Part shown: in pieces, positions 25,001 through 36,100 of the stretch
Position numbering within the stretch: the stretch's first letter is position 1
Layout of the letters: each line of letters starts with the position of its first letter
Program-made: the position numbers and the translations under genes
Notes under the pieces: model-generated
Told to the model about the DNA's origin: nothing
Databases searched by the model: none
What the model saw: only the letters and a program-made list of their open reading frames with translations
From: a virus
Virus record (IMG/VR): IMGVR_UViG_3300045988_054045
Direction: 5' to 3' (one strand)
DNA length: 64,000 nucleotides

Positions 25001-27168
25001 TTAATACCTCTGACAAGGGAGACCTTATTAAAAAGGTCAAGACTTTGTTAGGTCTGGGTAATGATGTCTACTGTACATTCGCATTTAAGAGTTCAGCAAG
25101 TACTTTCAATAATGCTGAATGGGGCAGGTTTAGAAAGGATACTGGCTCAGAATCTCTAAGCTATATGTTCTCTGAAGATGAAGAGAGCAAGAACATTAAA
25201 TTGAAGACTCTATCTATTATTATAGGAGAGGGTACTAATGATGTATTAGAGCTACCTCTAGCCATTCTACCTAACCCTGTGACTGTGTTTAAGAATGATA
25301 AGTTTAAGGCAATTAGAGATGAGTATAATGAAATCTCAAGGAGAGACCCTAGTGCTACTATGTTTGATAGGTTCAATGAACTTATTAAGTTTATACAAGC
25401 TAATCCATCTATCGAGGGGGGAAGTGCTCTAGTGAACTTTTTGAAAGTATATACCTTTAACTCAAATGGTATATTCTACATAGAGGACAATAACTGGACA
25501 TTAGCTGGAGGACTAAAATCACAAGGTCCAACTATAACTAACGTCCTTAAAGGTATGGATTATGAGTATAATGGAAACTTGAAGTATGAGGGTAAATGGA
25601 TAACACTCGACGAATTATCGAAAGTTCCAGGCATGACCATCTCTAAAGTAAAGTTATCACCTAAAGGTGTGTACACATTCGGTGGAAAGACTATCAATTT
25701 TGCCAAGCCAGGACATCCTTTTGTATTTGTTAGCAATGATATAATGTTACAGGGTTCAGACCTTGAAACTTACTACTATAAACAACTTGAGGATGGCTCT
25801 GTAGAGAAGAAGGTAAAGCTAGTATATGTAGTTCCTCCAAAAGCATCAGTTAAGGAATATTTTGACAACTTGCTAAGCATAGTTTCTGGAGATAAGAACT
25901 CTATCAAAAGAATAGGTAATGACTTTACTGCTTATAGAATTATCAACATATTATCTGCTCAACCAGAGTTTGAGAAAAGTGACCTAAACTACAATACTAC
26001 CGCGTATGAAGGTATCATGCAGTTAATTGGGAAGCTTAATAATGCAGAAGGAGATACTAAAGCCCAAATGGCAATCCTTAATGACCCAGTGGATATTAAA
26101 GGTTTGAATGCCAACATTACAGGTAGACAAGCTCTTCAAAATTATCTATTAGGTTCTGTATATCCGCCAAATGCTGATAATACCAGTAGGGTGTTTAAGG
26201 AAGCTAACTTACGTTCTGTAGAACATATTCTAGGTCAAAACAAGATTCCTGGAATATTCTACAATATACAATACGATAAGTCTTCTACAGATGCTATTGC
26301 ATTGGATGCAGTATATGATGTAGGTAACTATTCTATTGACAATAATCCATTTATGGTGAATGGTAAGATAGACAGTCCTTCATTTTATGGTAATGTAAGC
26401 CCACTACTAGAAACGATAGTCAATAAAATGACTGATAAAGGTAGTTTTAAGGGTAGTAAAGATAATAGTAAGTATCTAGCTGGACACTCCCGTATAGGAG
26501 TAATTTCTAAACCAACAGTTGATACTGTCTTTAAGTCAATGAATATTAAGGCATCTACCTCTGTCATGTCAGAAATGGATATAGATACCTTACAAACACT
26601 ATCTAAGGAGCAGATTTTGGATGCGTATAGGAAGACAAACCATCTGGTAATACCTATAGGTTCTGACATCTATATAAGTGCAAAATCTACAAACCTTGAT
26701 GTGTCTAACTCTGTTGTTTCAGATATTTCCCAAATAGGTTTAAATATTCACAAATTTACCTTAACTTTGGGGAATGAAATCTTTAGTGCAGAGCTAAATC
26801 TAAGCGATAATGAGATTACCTTAATAAAGCAGGCGGATGCAACTACAGGAACTCCGCTTATTTCATTCAGTGTAAACTCACTGTCAGAAGTTGCAGAATA
26901 TAAAAACATCCTTAGTGTATTTAACTTTGCCACGCTTGGTAAGGTTCAATCTGCAAAGGGTGTGGAAGCATTTAATAAAGAAGTTAATGCTATGAGAGCA
27001 ACTTCTAAAATGATAAAAAGGATGAGTGAGGAAATCGACCAATTCGAGGGGTCTCAGAGAGACATGCTTAAGAATTTGGTAGATTTCTTGCAGTCTAAGC
27101 AAGATGAAAAGGCTCGTCTAAACACTACTGACAATTCATGTCCAATAACCATAAAAATTAAATTATAA
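19096..27168 (+). CDS. Giant protein (2690 aa) with an embedded SF1 (RecD/Pif1/viral-helicase-like) helicase core
   Basis: Motif I is GIPGSGKTT (aa 1422-1430). Motif II is LILIDEVS (D1547, E1548). Motif III is AAGDFDQS (aa 1573-1580). Motif V is SSQGLEGKYYII (aa 1727 onward). Motif VI is LYTGISRAIQGSIVL. The N-terminal third has Gly-rich hydrophobic segments, and the remainder was not recognised. Confidence 0.7.
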   Translation: MTNSKENDWLLNRVSNPTFSISDFKAVGLDATNTSLEDASVYKNIPQIQDNPAFQTDGKFDEAKFDNIYKYMAETYNQLADESYQEDIVSQATFHRDNIFAEPEQRRKGPDIYLSREANPLRQKRGVRRLNLLDAPTMSADEVAQTQKVLANPIGASNGASPVWHDSPNDSFWTDFWDTRVMAQWDEDGEHVDPISKELVKHKKGELKLNENGTYYYENLDGRDVYGRRVLSKLNTLTTDGSAINKYDFFDSDGIDKSVAGSLARNAISILPMFIPGISPWYIGAGIALETTKVLATLGKVFSGSDNKFLSSVEGFTKSLEPTTSEYGQSNAWSMENFINLAGDVFKQLYEQRWIFKYAPAIVKGNLMDEAGIAKKELEFQKKWATLQDYTKLSQKDIAKLGRQLEELKAVTALKAQNDLENYMKGYNKIGEILSKAYMTSITVQDAYGEAKEQGATDMEAALLTLGYAAGEYAIINSKLGEWILPELRMDKEQMKQVVKTLTEGSRKTIDNASKVQKTEWMKKIFKLGKDVAQANYSIGKSGLKATAANALGEGIEEVSEEVLYDFAKSVTNLGMWLAGSDTPPLQAWDNMLDRYGMSFVGGMLGGAMFDALPNLRAARQLGSMDSKQAMQQLVYMARNGKMNDFLKLVNKMELGNKYLSATKLVDGVDGKKIWAQGTDSDNQDLAAKSEVRRIAKFVTDTLAAQGATISDDAFFDTQTLNDLRFSALRNSSVAASYLQDYNSVCEKIVTLTNQLNSLGGTQERMENGGPTDAQVKENGDEATKAERSRLEGELKAAIERKEAYMKGELAPQLIYESLFEMSTAVSSAYLSPTLIQYAENKTGKKVTDIPKNELEEISKEYEGWKNSGFKDAVRTAASIHKSIAKVIAPLFQNHSLKYYESFDENLHSTLSVLQSGLNEYVNRLNETKDSESFSEEMSQFNVHSSMGIISPLLATFGTESEKSTFTDIINTPITEDYTAEVQAEQYNKLVGKFLVSHIEAITKPIINQGYINPELKRVLSSTLNSAYWYFINQAEYYGDENSYIDATKMEAAKAQIDKLKHSNIIELLDQFSLSTADSDVKVSSILEETDASLKEHMEDLSNFNLNNERLDQITEALSVINIFKAQLLSARVDNADLSNLYGMNVTINELDSEANLAELQSNVADAMMQDLEGIELRLKTFQKIIAANNAQKLGEQTRTANNKNILIYDRIKRFILSIPNDWSGRAEFESVVSSLSKLEEISAAKKVNLNKEERFQVESEIVKLDDAIYDFFKANSDKVKNPEALSKLISVDNFGLITLNDSIESLNSKSTSIDDNAIVWYIASRAAVRASDFYEEYRSIISDKIAPIPTQELATYLGYASILNGGVIENFCDAVNTSLKNHADSMTNSEWESKYGRGIPREGILDSLVSPRFARVAFIEGIPGSGKTTGVFNNLIVLLKKYHPEVLKNVWIVHATEDSAKDLAKNLGLDTATTLDREHYMRKISQEWKDFKDYPQKSSKEVDPTWEEDIMVSIVDDDIYFDDNNITRSNFKINEISEAPSLILIDEVSRHTVVDMDLTNRFSQKYGTPVVAAGDFDQSKAIGRHLINFKGTNVKNTIQLARRNFVRCPKLGVSMRANNQQVTVNLNNLKSILSDLRSNNYGSDITMHYYQDNSGLFGTKVYNSKDVNGSVPYSIELVKADIDLMISSMNPDEKIGFIYYDTDTEIYKLLSSATYKDRIDFKQGNSSQGLEGKYYIIDDSAGLENEEYWDDLYTGISRAIQGSIVLHTKDNYRTSNSNQLASIQDSSTSVSELSRDGIKTFSSERRDMLNRLTLDSKPTELIKREKDTTIPSVTVVPEVGLTSETATTVTDDGTKETVIITNNGLPTEKDIRDKTLASSEDTTPPPVPATSVSHTSSTKTEAILDLLMYTFPTFESGTTFDEKGNLIVTPENSKRLDSYFGLNRLPGIQVKNKETFDEVIGNLRSIIFNTSDKGDLIKKVKTLLGLGNDVYCTFAFKSSASTFNNAEWGRFRKDTGSESLSYMFSEDEESKNIKLKTLSIIIGEGTNDVLELPLAILPNPVTVFKNDKFKAIRDEYNEISRRDPSATMFDRFNELIKFIQANPSIEGGSALVNFLKVYTFNSNGIFYIEDNNWTLAGGLKSQGPTITNVLKGMDYEYNGNLKYEGKWITLDELSKVPGMTISKVKLSPKGVYTFGGKTINFAKPGHPFVFVSNDIMLQGSDLETYYYKQLEDGSVEKKVKLVYVVPPKASVKEYFDNLLSIVSGDKNSIKRIGNDFTAYRIINILSAQPEFEKSDLNYNTTAYEGIMQLIGKLNNAEGDTKAQMAILNDPVDIKGLNANITGRQALQNYLLGSVYPPNADNTSRVFKEANLRSVEHILGQNKIPGIFYNIQYDKSSTDAIALDAVYDVGNYSIDNNPFMVNGKIDSPSFYGNVSPLLETIVNKMTDKGSFKGSKDNSKYLAGHSRIGVISKPTVDTVFKSMNIKASTSVMSEMDIDTLQTLSKEQILDAYRKTNHLVIPIGSDIYISAKSTNLDVSNSVVSDISQIGLNIHKFTLTLGNEIFSAELNLSDNEITLIKQADATTGTPLISFSVNSLSEVAEYKNILSVFNFATLGKVQSAKGVEAFNKEVNAMRATSKMIKRMSEEIDQFEGSQRDMLKNLVDFLQSKQDEKARLNTTDNSCPITIKIKL

Positions 27169-27170
27169 TC

Positions 27171-30100
27171 ATGGGTAAATGTAAATTTAACAAGAATGAT
27201 TCCAACTTAGATTTACAAGATGTATTGCAAGATACATTAGAGGAAATTTGGGAGGAAAAAGACGAATTTAGTAGAAAGGCGATGTTTATTAATAGTCTGA
27301 AAGAGATTGGAGAGGGGTATGACATCACATCCCTCTCCGACCTTGCGGACTTTATTGATGCATTCGTTATGGAGATTGCTCCAGCATTACATGATGTTGT
27401 TCCATCTAATATGACTACTTACCTTTCTGGCAATAGTAGTAATATTGATGATACTGCTGAGGAAAATCCTACAAAACTGGATGCCTTAGATGACCCTGAG
27501 GGTAATGCTGATGCAAAACAAAGAATTAGAGGATTCATAGTAACTAATTATGGTACTGCAACTGAAATTGCTTCTGCAATGGAAGCTAGTGTTGTTGATA
27601 ATATAGTTAAATGTTTCCTTGTAGACAGAGAAGCTGGTAAAGTTATAAAAACTGAACATGAAATCAATGAGGCACTTAGGAATTACCAAGAAACCCTTCT
27701 ACAAGATGTAGTTGCTTATTTAAAGGATGTATACTCTAAACTTCCATCTAAAGATGCCCAAAGTGCTCTTGAGAAGTTATCTAATCTTACCATGTGGAAG
27801 GATGGAGTGTATCTAAATGCAGTGGGAGAACTTAATGCTGTAGGTGAAAGGTTTCTTCATCATTCACACTTCACAGCTGACGACCTTAGGAGGATATATT
27901 CTAGAAATAGGATTATTGATAAAAAGTTTATTAAAGCCTATAATAGCTTAGTTATCCTGAATCACTTCGATGACTTACTTAGTTCCAAGTTGGGAAAGGT
28001 TCTTAAAATTAATGAGAACTTCCCTAAATACAGTCCAGAGGATAGATATTCTCTTACTGGTACTGGAGCAAACAATAGTAGGAACTGGGGTGACAAGGAG
28101 AAGGATGTAAATATGAATGACCATGTATCTGATGTAACTAAGTTACTGGTTGAGACTACTCCTGTATACACTTGGGGAAGTAGTACGCCTGTTGCCGATA
28201 AAAAGGTTAAGTTGGATGCATTCAATTATATCATATCCAAGATTAAGGGATTGGCTAATTCTCCTGATATTCATAACCCTGCACTCACGTTTGATGGAAT
28301 GTTCTTCCTTAAATACCCTCAATTTGAGCATTTACGCTCTTCAATTGGAGGTAAGTCTTTTTATACACTACTATCTTCTGCTAGTACTGGTAATGTGCTT
28401 GAAAACTATCACGCTTTGTTCGAATTACTGAGTGATGAGTCTTTCTTTAATAGCAATTATGAGTTACTTAGAGGATTCAAGAGTATAGAAAAGAACCTAG
28501 TATATTCACTGAGGCAGGGCATCTTTAGTAGTGATACCCACTCCTTATTTGGGATTTACAAGAATAATATTCTTGACACTAACTATTACTCATTTATCTG
28601 CCAGCTAGTGGCAACTGCTAGTCCTCTTGACTTTGTGCAATATAGGATTAACGAGGATGGGGAGATAGTCAGAGCAACTTTGAGAGATAATCTTAATAGA
28701 CAATTAAGAAATCAACTTGAGAGAAGTATTTCTTCTGCATTAAGTATTACAGCTCCTACACAGTATGAGCCTAAAGTTGCTAAGTATAATCCCAGATATG
28801 AAGAGGATAAGGTTACGGATGCAAAAGAAGGATTGAGAACTGTTTCTGTGTTTAGATTCCAGATACCAGAGTTAAATATATCTGTTCAATTTAACCCAAA
28901 GGCGAAGAGGTCTAATGCTTTTTCAATATCTAGAGATGGAAAGCCTTTAACAACCTTTAATGGTAAGGAGGATTGGGAAAAAGCACTTCCTTTCTTTAAA
29001 GAGTTCCTATATCTAGATTTTGTTTCGGATGGACCTTTAGTTGAAAGTTATCTTGCTCTGAAGACAAAAAATGGTAATATCCAGTACGAGTCAGCTATTA
29101 GTGATTTACTTCAACTTAGTACAAGTATCTTCTTCAACTCATACTTCTCCCATAATTTAGTTCCAAAGGAAACTAGTACTCAGGAATTTAGAAGGAGACA
29201 AGAAGAAGTATTTGGTGCTGAGAATCTAACTTCTATAAAAAGAGGTTCTAAGGATATTGGTATTCTTCTACCTAGCTATGTGCCAGTAATGGAAGATGTT
29301 GCAGCAGCCTATGCTATGACCACCGATGCTTATGTAAGTGGCATCGCTAGGGATGGTGAGGGTCGTGCACTATCTGGAGTTGCTATGTCTATGCTTGGCA
29401 CTAATTATAGAAACCAATGGGTAAATCAGTGCATGAATCCAGGTTCTGCCACTAATGCCTTCTCCCTTTTAAATAGCTCTTTCCTTCATAGAGGAATGGT
29501 AGTGTCAAGAGAGTACAAGGGTAAAATAGGTAGCAAGAAGCACATTGACTTCAATATGTCAGAGTCTTTCTATACTGCATTTGTAAGTAATTATTTATGT
29601 AATATAGTAGGTAATACAGATGCAGCATTCTTACCTTCTGTTATCTCAGATAAATCCTCTCTGATTCACATGGTTGAAAATCTAAAGTCTACTAGTGGAT
29701 TAGACAAGCCCTACGCGAACCTAACTAAGGATGAAACCATAGCTATTATAAACAAGGAGCTTGGAGATTGTTATGTAAAGATAATAAACTCTATAACCTC
29801 AGAGTGGGAACAATTAAACTCTGCTCTTAGGAGTATTGATACTTCTTTAGTGTTTAACAATCCAGTTCAGTATCCGTTGTTGGCAAGTAAGAAGGTAATT
29901 CCTGTATTTAACCCAATGACTAACTTTGCGGAAGTGAATGCAGTCTATGGGAATGATTCAAGAAAGGTTCTTGAAGAGGTATTGAGAGTATATCAAAACA
30001 TTGTTAGGGGTAAAGACCTTGAAATTAAGGATGAAGTATCATTCCAAGGTAGCAAAACTTTATCATTCAACAGAACTTTAATATCTCTTACTAATAGGTT

Positions 30101-33100
30101 TAATCCAGAGTATTTTACTAGAGCTGGTCTTAACGTAGAAGAAGTATTTGGTAAGCTTACTAACAGTGAGGACTTTTGGAGGATTAAAGAGGTAGAGTTA
30201 TTAACTGACCTACTTGACAATGATTTCATGATTGAAACCACTGATGAAAGAGGTAATGCTCTTACCACTCCAGAGGTAGCATATCTAGCTAAGAACAAGG
30301 ATTGGATAAAGTTCTCTACCAAAAGAGTAATATTGGCTAAGTATACTAATTTTGGTAAAACTTTTGACATTACTAAATGGTCAGACCTATATTCCATAGG
30401 AGGTTACACCGAGAATGGAATAACTTATAATTGGGGAACTCCTGGATTTAGTTTTTCTAAATTCCTAGAGATAAGAGGAGGAGAACTACAATTACATCCT
30501 GATTTGGCTAGATTTAACGTAATGGACTATCTACTTAGCCAAGAGTACGTACTCTCTACCGTTGGAACTCATGCTAATCATCCAGCTAAGAAGGCTACTT
30601 CAAGCCCAAATGACTTAGTAGAAGAAGCTGCAAGATATATTGCTCAGCATAAGAGAAATGTATCATACACAGCTGCCAAGCAAGTTATGATTCAAGGTCT
30701 AATAAATGGTATATTACCTGAGTATACAATTGCTGTAATTGAGGATGATACCGCCCCAACCTATAATCCTATGGGAGACCATGATGAGCATGGAGTTAAG
30801 CAATATGATGGTAGTACATTTGTATCCCCTGAGACAATGTATCTGGAGAATAATTCTCTTGGTGGTGCTAAGGTGGGTGTGGATAAGAAACCATTTATTC
30901 ACTTCTACAAGGAAGGTAGTGCTACTGGTGGTATTATTAAAACTGCTGGATTTGCCTTAACCAACTTTACTATGCGAAATAGCAAGTTCTATCAGAGAAT
31001 GGTAAAGAAGATGTGGGGCAAAACATGGGAATTTGAGGGTTCTCTGTTTAATGATAATGTATTGGTAGATTTCCAGGGTAATCTCATACCTTATGAGGAT
31101 GTTTATTACAAAGGAACTGATGGTAAATTTTATATGATTAATAGTATTACATATGTGCCAGAGGACGGTACATATATGATTATTAAATCTGAAGTTGAAC
31201 CTGATGGTACTATTGTAAGACAACTTCCAGCTGAGATTACTCCCAAACCTGGAGAAGGTCCGAGAGTTACAGCTAGTGGAACAACTCTTTATCCAGTAAC
31301 AACCAACTTTGGCTTATATCAAATGTTTGGAGGCTGGAACTCCTATTCTAAATCAGAAGATGGTTTAATTCCATCTGAGGTTTCAGTAAGGAATGTTGTT
31401 AAAGCCGTTAACGGTGTGGGAGTTAAAGTGTCTGATTCCGTTGTTTCCCAATCGGATGTGGTTCAGCCATTAAAATGGGCATCTATTCAATACGTGGTAA
31501 CAGCAGGTGCTATTAAGCAAGGTGCAGCTAATGTTAATTTGAAGCATGCTTATTTTGATGATAATCCATATCTGACTATGAAGTTTAAGACTACTGATAT
31601 TGGTATTCAGCTAGATGCAGAACATAATGCTGATGAATCTACGCTGTCTATTATGACTCAGGTAGTTAATGCTTTGTCTTCTAGAGGTTACACTTCAGAG
31701 CAAGCTGGAGAAGTTTATGAAGCTATGTTTGCCCTAACTGAGGCTGGAATCAACGATTACGTTGAAGGATTTAGACAATACATGGATGATAGTGACCCTA
31801 CTAAGTTCAAGGATGCTATAATCTCTACAATAGTTAAGTCTATTCAGAATAGTACTAGCAGAGATGGAAATCTTATGCAGGCTGTTATGGATACATTAAT
31901 ATCTGATACTAAGGCAGGTAAACTGGTAAAGTATAAGAATGTTGAGGGGGTAATTCCATTTAGTGACCCAAGCATCTTTAATGGACTTTGTTCTGCTATA
32001 TCGTCCACTTTAACTAAGGCAGCTATTAGATTACAATTTAATGGTAGCCTTGCTGTATTGAATCCTTCTCATAAGATTTGGAAGCTGTATGGTGATAGAA
32101 TGTATGATTCTTTTAATAATGATGAAGAAATTCAGAAGTTACAGGAATTGTATAACTCTAAGCCTATAACTAACCTGTCGGAGTTGAGACTTGGTAGACA
32201 CTATACAATTACTGTGGGTGATACTACATCTACAGAATTTATAGAAACTCCTCAGCAGTACTGGGATTTAAGAAGCAGACTAACTCAGTCCGAACTAATG
32301 GGAATACCATTTAGTATTGTTGAAAACATTACAGCAGGTCGTGATTTAGCATCTTATAACTTCACGTTCAAGGACGTAGATGGAAACCTCTACAATATGT
32401 GGGATTTAGATGTAGTTAAAAATCTTTACTCTACCACTGACTCTAAAGAAAGAATACTCCTAAGAAGAGAGCTTCAGAATGCTTTGGGTGCAGTTAGTAA
32501 TGGTAGGCTTGATTCTGTGTCCATTAATGGGGCAATAGTACAAGTAGATAAATCTTCTCTACAAACTCAGCCATTTGAGCTAATAATGCCTAAGATTTAC
32601 GCTAGTAGATTCGGGCTGAAGAGAGGTGATAGTCTAGCAACCATTAAAAATGATGACACATTCTTCCTAAAGAGGATGTTATCAAATTGGGAAAGTAAAG
32701 TTAATGATGCTGATTTCGACATTGAACTGAAGAGGTTAAATGGTAAGCACGTATATCTAGTAGACAAGAGAGTTTATAAAGATACTCACTTGACTCCTGT
32801 GGAAATTGAGACTAGGTGGGATGGAGCTAAGCTTTACAGAGTTAATAGCTCTGGAGAGAAGCTACACAGACTATCTGATGAATCAGATAGAATATACACT
32901 GATGTTAATGGTAATGAAGTAATTGTTACTAATAATACTCAGTTCTATATTGATTCATTTAATTACCACACTATAAAGGTATCTAATAGTGCTGCTATGA
33001 GTAAGGATATTAGTAAGATTATTCAGCCTATACTAAGCTCAAAGTCTAAGGTGGCGAGTAGATTCGCCAAGTATATAGGTAAGAATGACCCTACTGATAT

Positions 33101-36100
33101 TATAACTTATGTGAATAAGCTATACTCAGAAAGTATTAGTAAGTTGAGAATTAATCCTAGAGCTAAGATAGAAGACCCAAGTATTGATGCAATCAGAGAT
33201 TCTGCTGCTGAATTACATACGTCTTTTATTAAATCTTTGGATGTTCTAGCTGCTCGTATCCCTGCTCAGTCTATGCAATCATTTATGCCTATGAGAGTAG
33301 TGGGATTTGACGAGACTGACACAAACTCCGCCTACGTTAATTACTTCCAGTTTTGGCTACAGGGTTCTGACTTGGATATTGATAAAGTTTCCTTGTTAGG
33401 ATATTCATTTGACAGGACAGGTAAGTATGTTGGATGGAGTCCATACTTTAATTTGAGTTCTCAGAGTGCATTAGTGGAATCTGAGAAGCTGCCATTCCCT
33501 ACAAATAAAGAGTTAGAGTTGGTTGAGACTGATGATACAGCATTGACTAATTGGGCTTATGATTTTGTAGGTTCAGGGAAATTGTTTAACTTTAGTGGTT
33601 CAAAAGTTCTATTCCTGCCAGAATATGACTTGGACAATTCTTTAGGTTCAATACAATCTTTATCGAACTTCTTAAGAATGATTAAGAAAAACGGCGGTAA
33701 ATTGTATATCCCTAAAGGTTCTAGGCTTCCTTTTAACGAAATGAAGGAGTTGATTGACCGACACAATTTATACGTAAGGAACTCTAGTAACCCAGAGGAT
33801 ATGATTAAGAACTTCATATCTTCTTATATGTTCAAGATTAGTGATAATCCTATTAATTTAATGCAATCACAATCATCTATTGATGATGCTGTGGCATTGT
33901 TAAAGGATATAGCTAAAGGGTCAACAGAAGGTCAGAGAACTCTACAATTTACTCCAGGTAATGTAGTAAATAAGTATGAGTCTATGTATGATTTTCAATC
34001 TGGTAAGAAGAACGTTGGTATAGTTGCATCTGCTATTAAAGTGTATGATGGTCTAACCCATTATTATAACACTACACTAGGTAGCGGTGATGTAATGAAG
34101 CAATCTGGACTATTATTCAACAGAGTTGTTTGTGGTAAAACTTTTAGACTGTTAGCTAACTCATATACTAGTAATCTAGAATCCGTAAGAAATCCCGAAG
34201 TATTAGATGCGTTACAGAACGTAGATAATGACACTGATGCTAAGTTAGTATTCTCTGCATTAATGTCTGCTGCAACTGATAATGCTAAAGACCCGATATT
34301 GGCTAAAATCAATGCTGGTCCTAACATGATGGGATTATATACTTATGGTACAGCTATTGGTATTCCTTTAAATGATTTAGCTGGTACTATGATGTCTAAG
34401 ACTGCTCGTATCCTTTCTAAGCTTATGGACTCTAATGTATTTAATAGGAAAGATGGTATGTCAATTACCAGTGCTATTAAGTATATCGAAAATGGTCCTA
34501 GCATTGGGGAATTAGACCCTGAATTCATCTCTATACTAAAGAAGGAGTTTGGGTCTGGCACAGATGCATCTGACTTCGTAATTGGTAAGATGTTACAATA
34601 TAGACTCTCTGACTTATCTAAAGGTCACGAATTGATTGATAGCTTAAGAAAGAGAATAAGGTCTATGGAGGCGTCTATGAACAAGGTTTCAATGTATAAG
34701 TTTCTAGAAGAGTTATCTGATTATATTAGATTCGTCTATATCATAAATAATGATGTAATCACTAACTCTGAAGGGGTACAATACAGAGCCATTGATTCGA
34801 TAAAACAATTAGTTCAGGGTGCATCTGAGATGGGTAGGTTAAGGAGTATATATGCTCTTAATCAAGGTCTTCCTAACAAAGTAGAGGATAAATTTAAGTT
34901 TATCGATAAATTTGAAAGTATCTTCGAGGATAGAATAAGGGAGATTTCAGGTGAAGAGAAGGAATCAACTGTAATGGTTAATGGAATGGTTATGAAAGTT
35001 TCTGACGTTATCTCAAAGCTAAGGAATCTAACTAACGATGAAAGTAATCCATACAGAATTTCTTTCAGCAGATTCATGTCTGACGAAGAGTATAGAAATA
35101 CCTTAATTGCTCTATATGGAGGATTAAAGCATTCATTCAATGTGTTAGATGCAGCTTGGTCAGTACCTCACTACAGGGGCTACTTAGAAACTTTCCATAT
35201 GGATATGGAAGGTAATTACATGATTATGTCTAAGTACAGAATGATGAGGGATTTAGGTCCTAGAATCATCAAAGATGGTAGCTTCTATAGCAGTAAGGAA
35301 AGGTCTAATGTTTATAAGAAGCTTCAATCATTCTGTGATATGACTCTTAGAAACACTTGGATGAAAACTTCTGAAAAGGTAATTACAGTCCCAGCAGGTG
35401 TAACTATTATGAATAGTATTGGTAATACCTTTACTACTCAAGGTGATACCCCTATTATGTTAGGAACGAGGTGGGGTAATGAGTCATTTAAGATGTGGAT
35501 GGATTCTGTGGTGATTCCCGAATTAAAGGATATAGAACCTAATGAATTTATTCAATCTCTAAGTCCTATTAGATTAGATAGAACACTTAGTGGTAACTCT
35601 GCATTTGTGTATTCTTTACCAACTAATATGTTGCCTAAGTCTACATCAGAGATAGAGCGTTTAAACAGATATAAGAGAGCCTTTAATCAATTACAAGGTG
35701 CTCCTACATATCAAGGTTATCCACTAACTGATTTATTCTTCTATTATAATCTGATAAACTTTAACAACACTGTCTCTCAAAGTTCTTTGACTACAATCTT
35801 TGAGGACATCATTAGAACAAAGTCATCCCCACTGGTTGAGGAATTTCATAAATTCACATCAGTGTTAGATTCTAACTCAGAGTTAGTTGAGGGGGTAGAT
35901 TTCTCTTATGAAGAAGCTCAAAAGTGGTGTGCCCCTATTGAGGATACTAATTATTCTACTAGTTATTATGTCAGAGACTATAACAACGCAGATATGAAGT
36001 ATCATCTATTTGTAAGAAAATCTAACTCTGCTGACGTTGGTGAGGTAGATGGAGATTTTGACTATGATTCCGATTATATGGATTGGGTTGGAGATGATTA

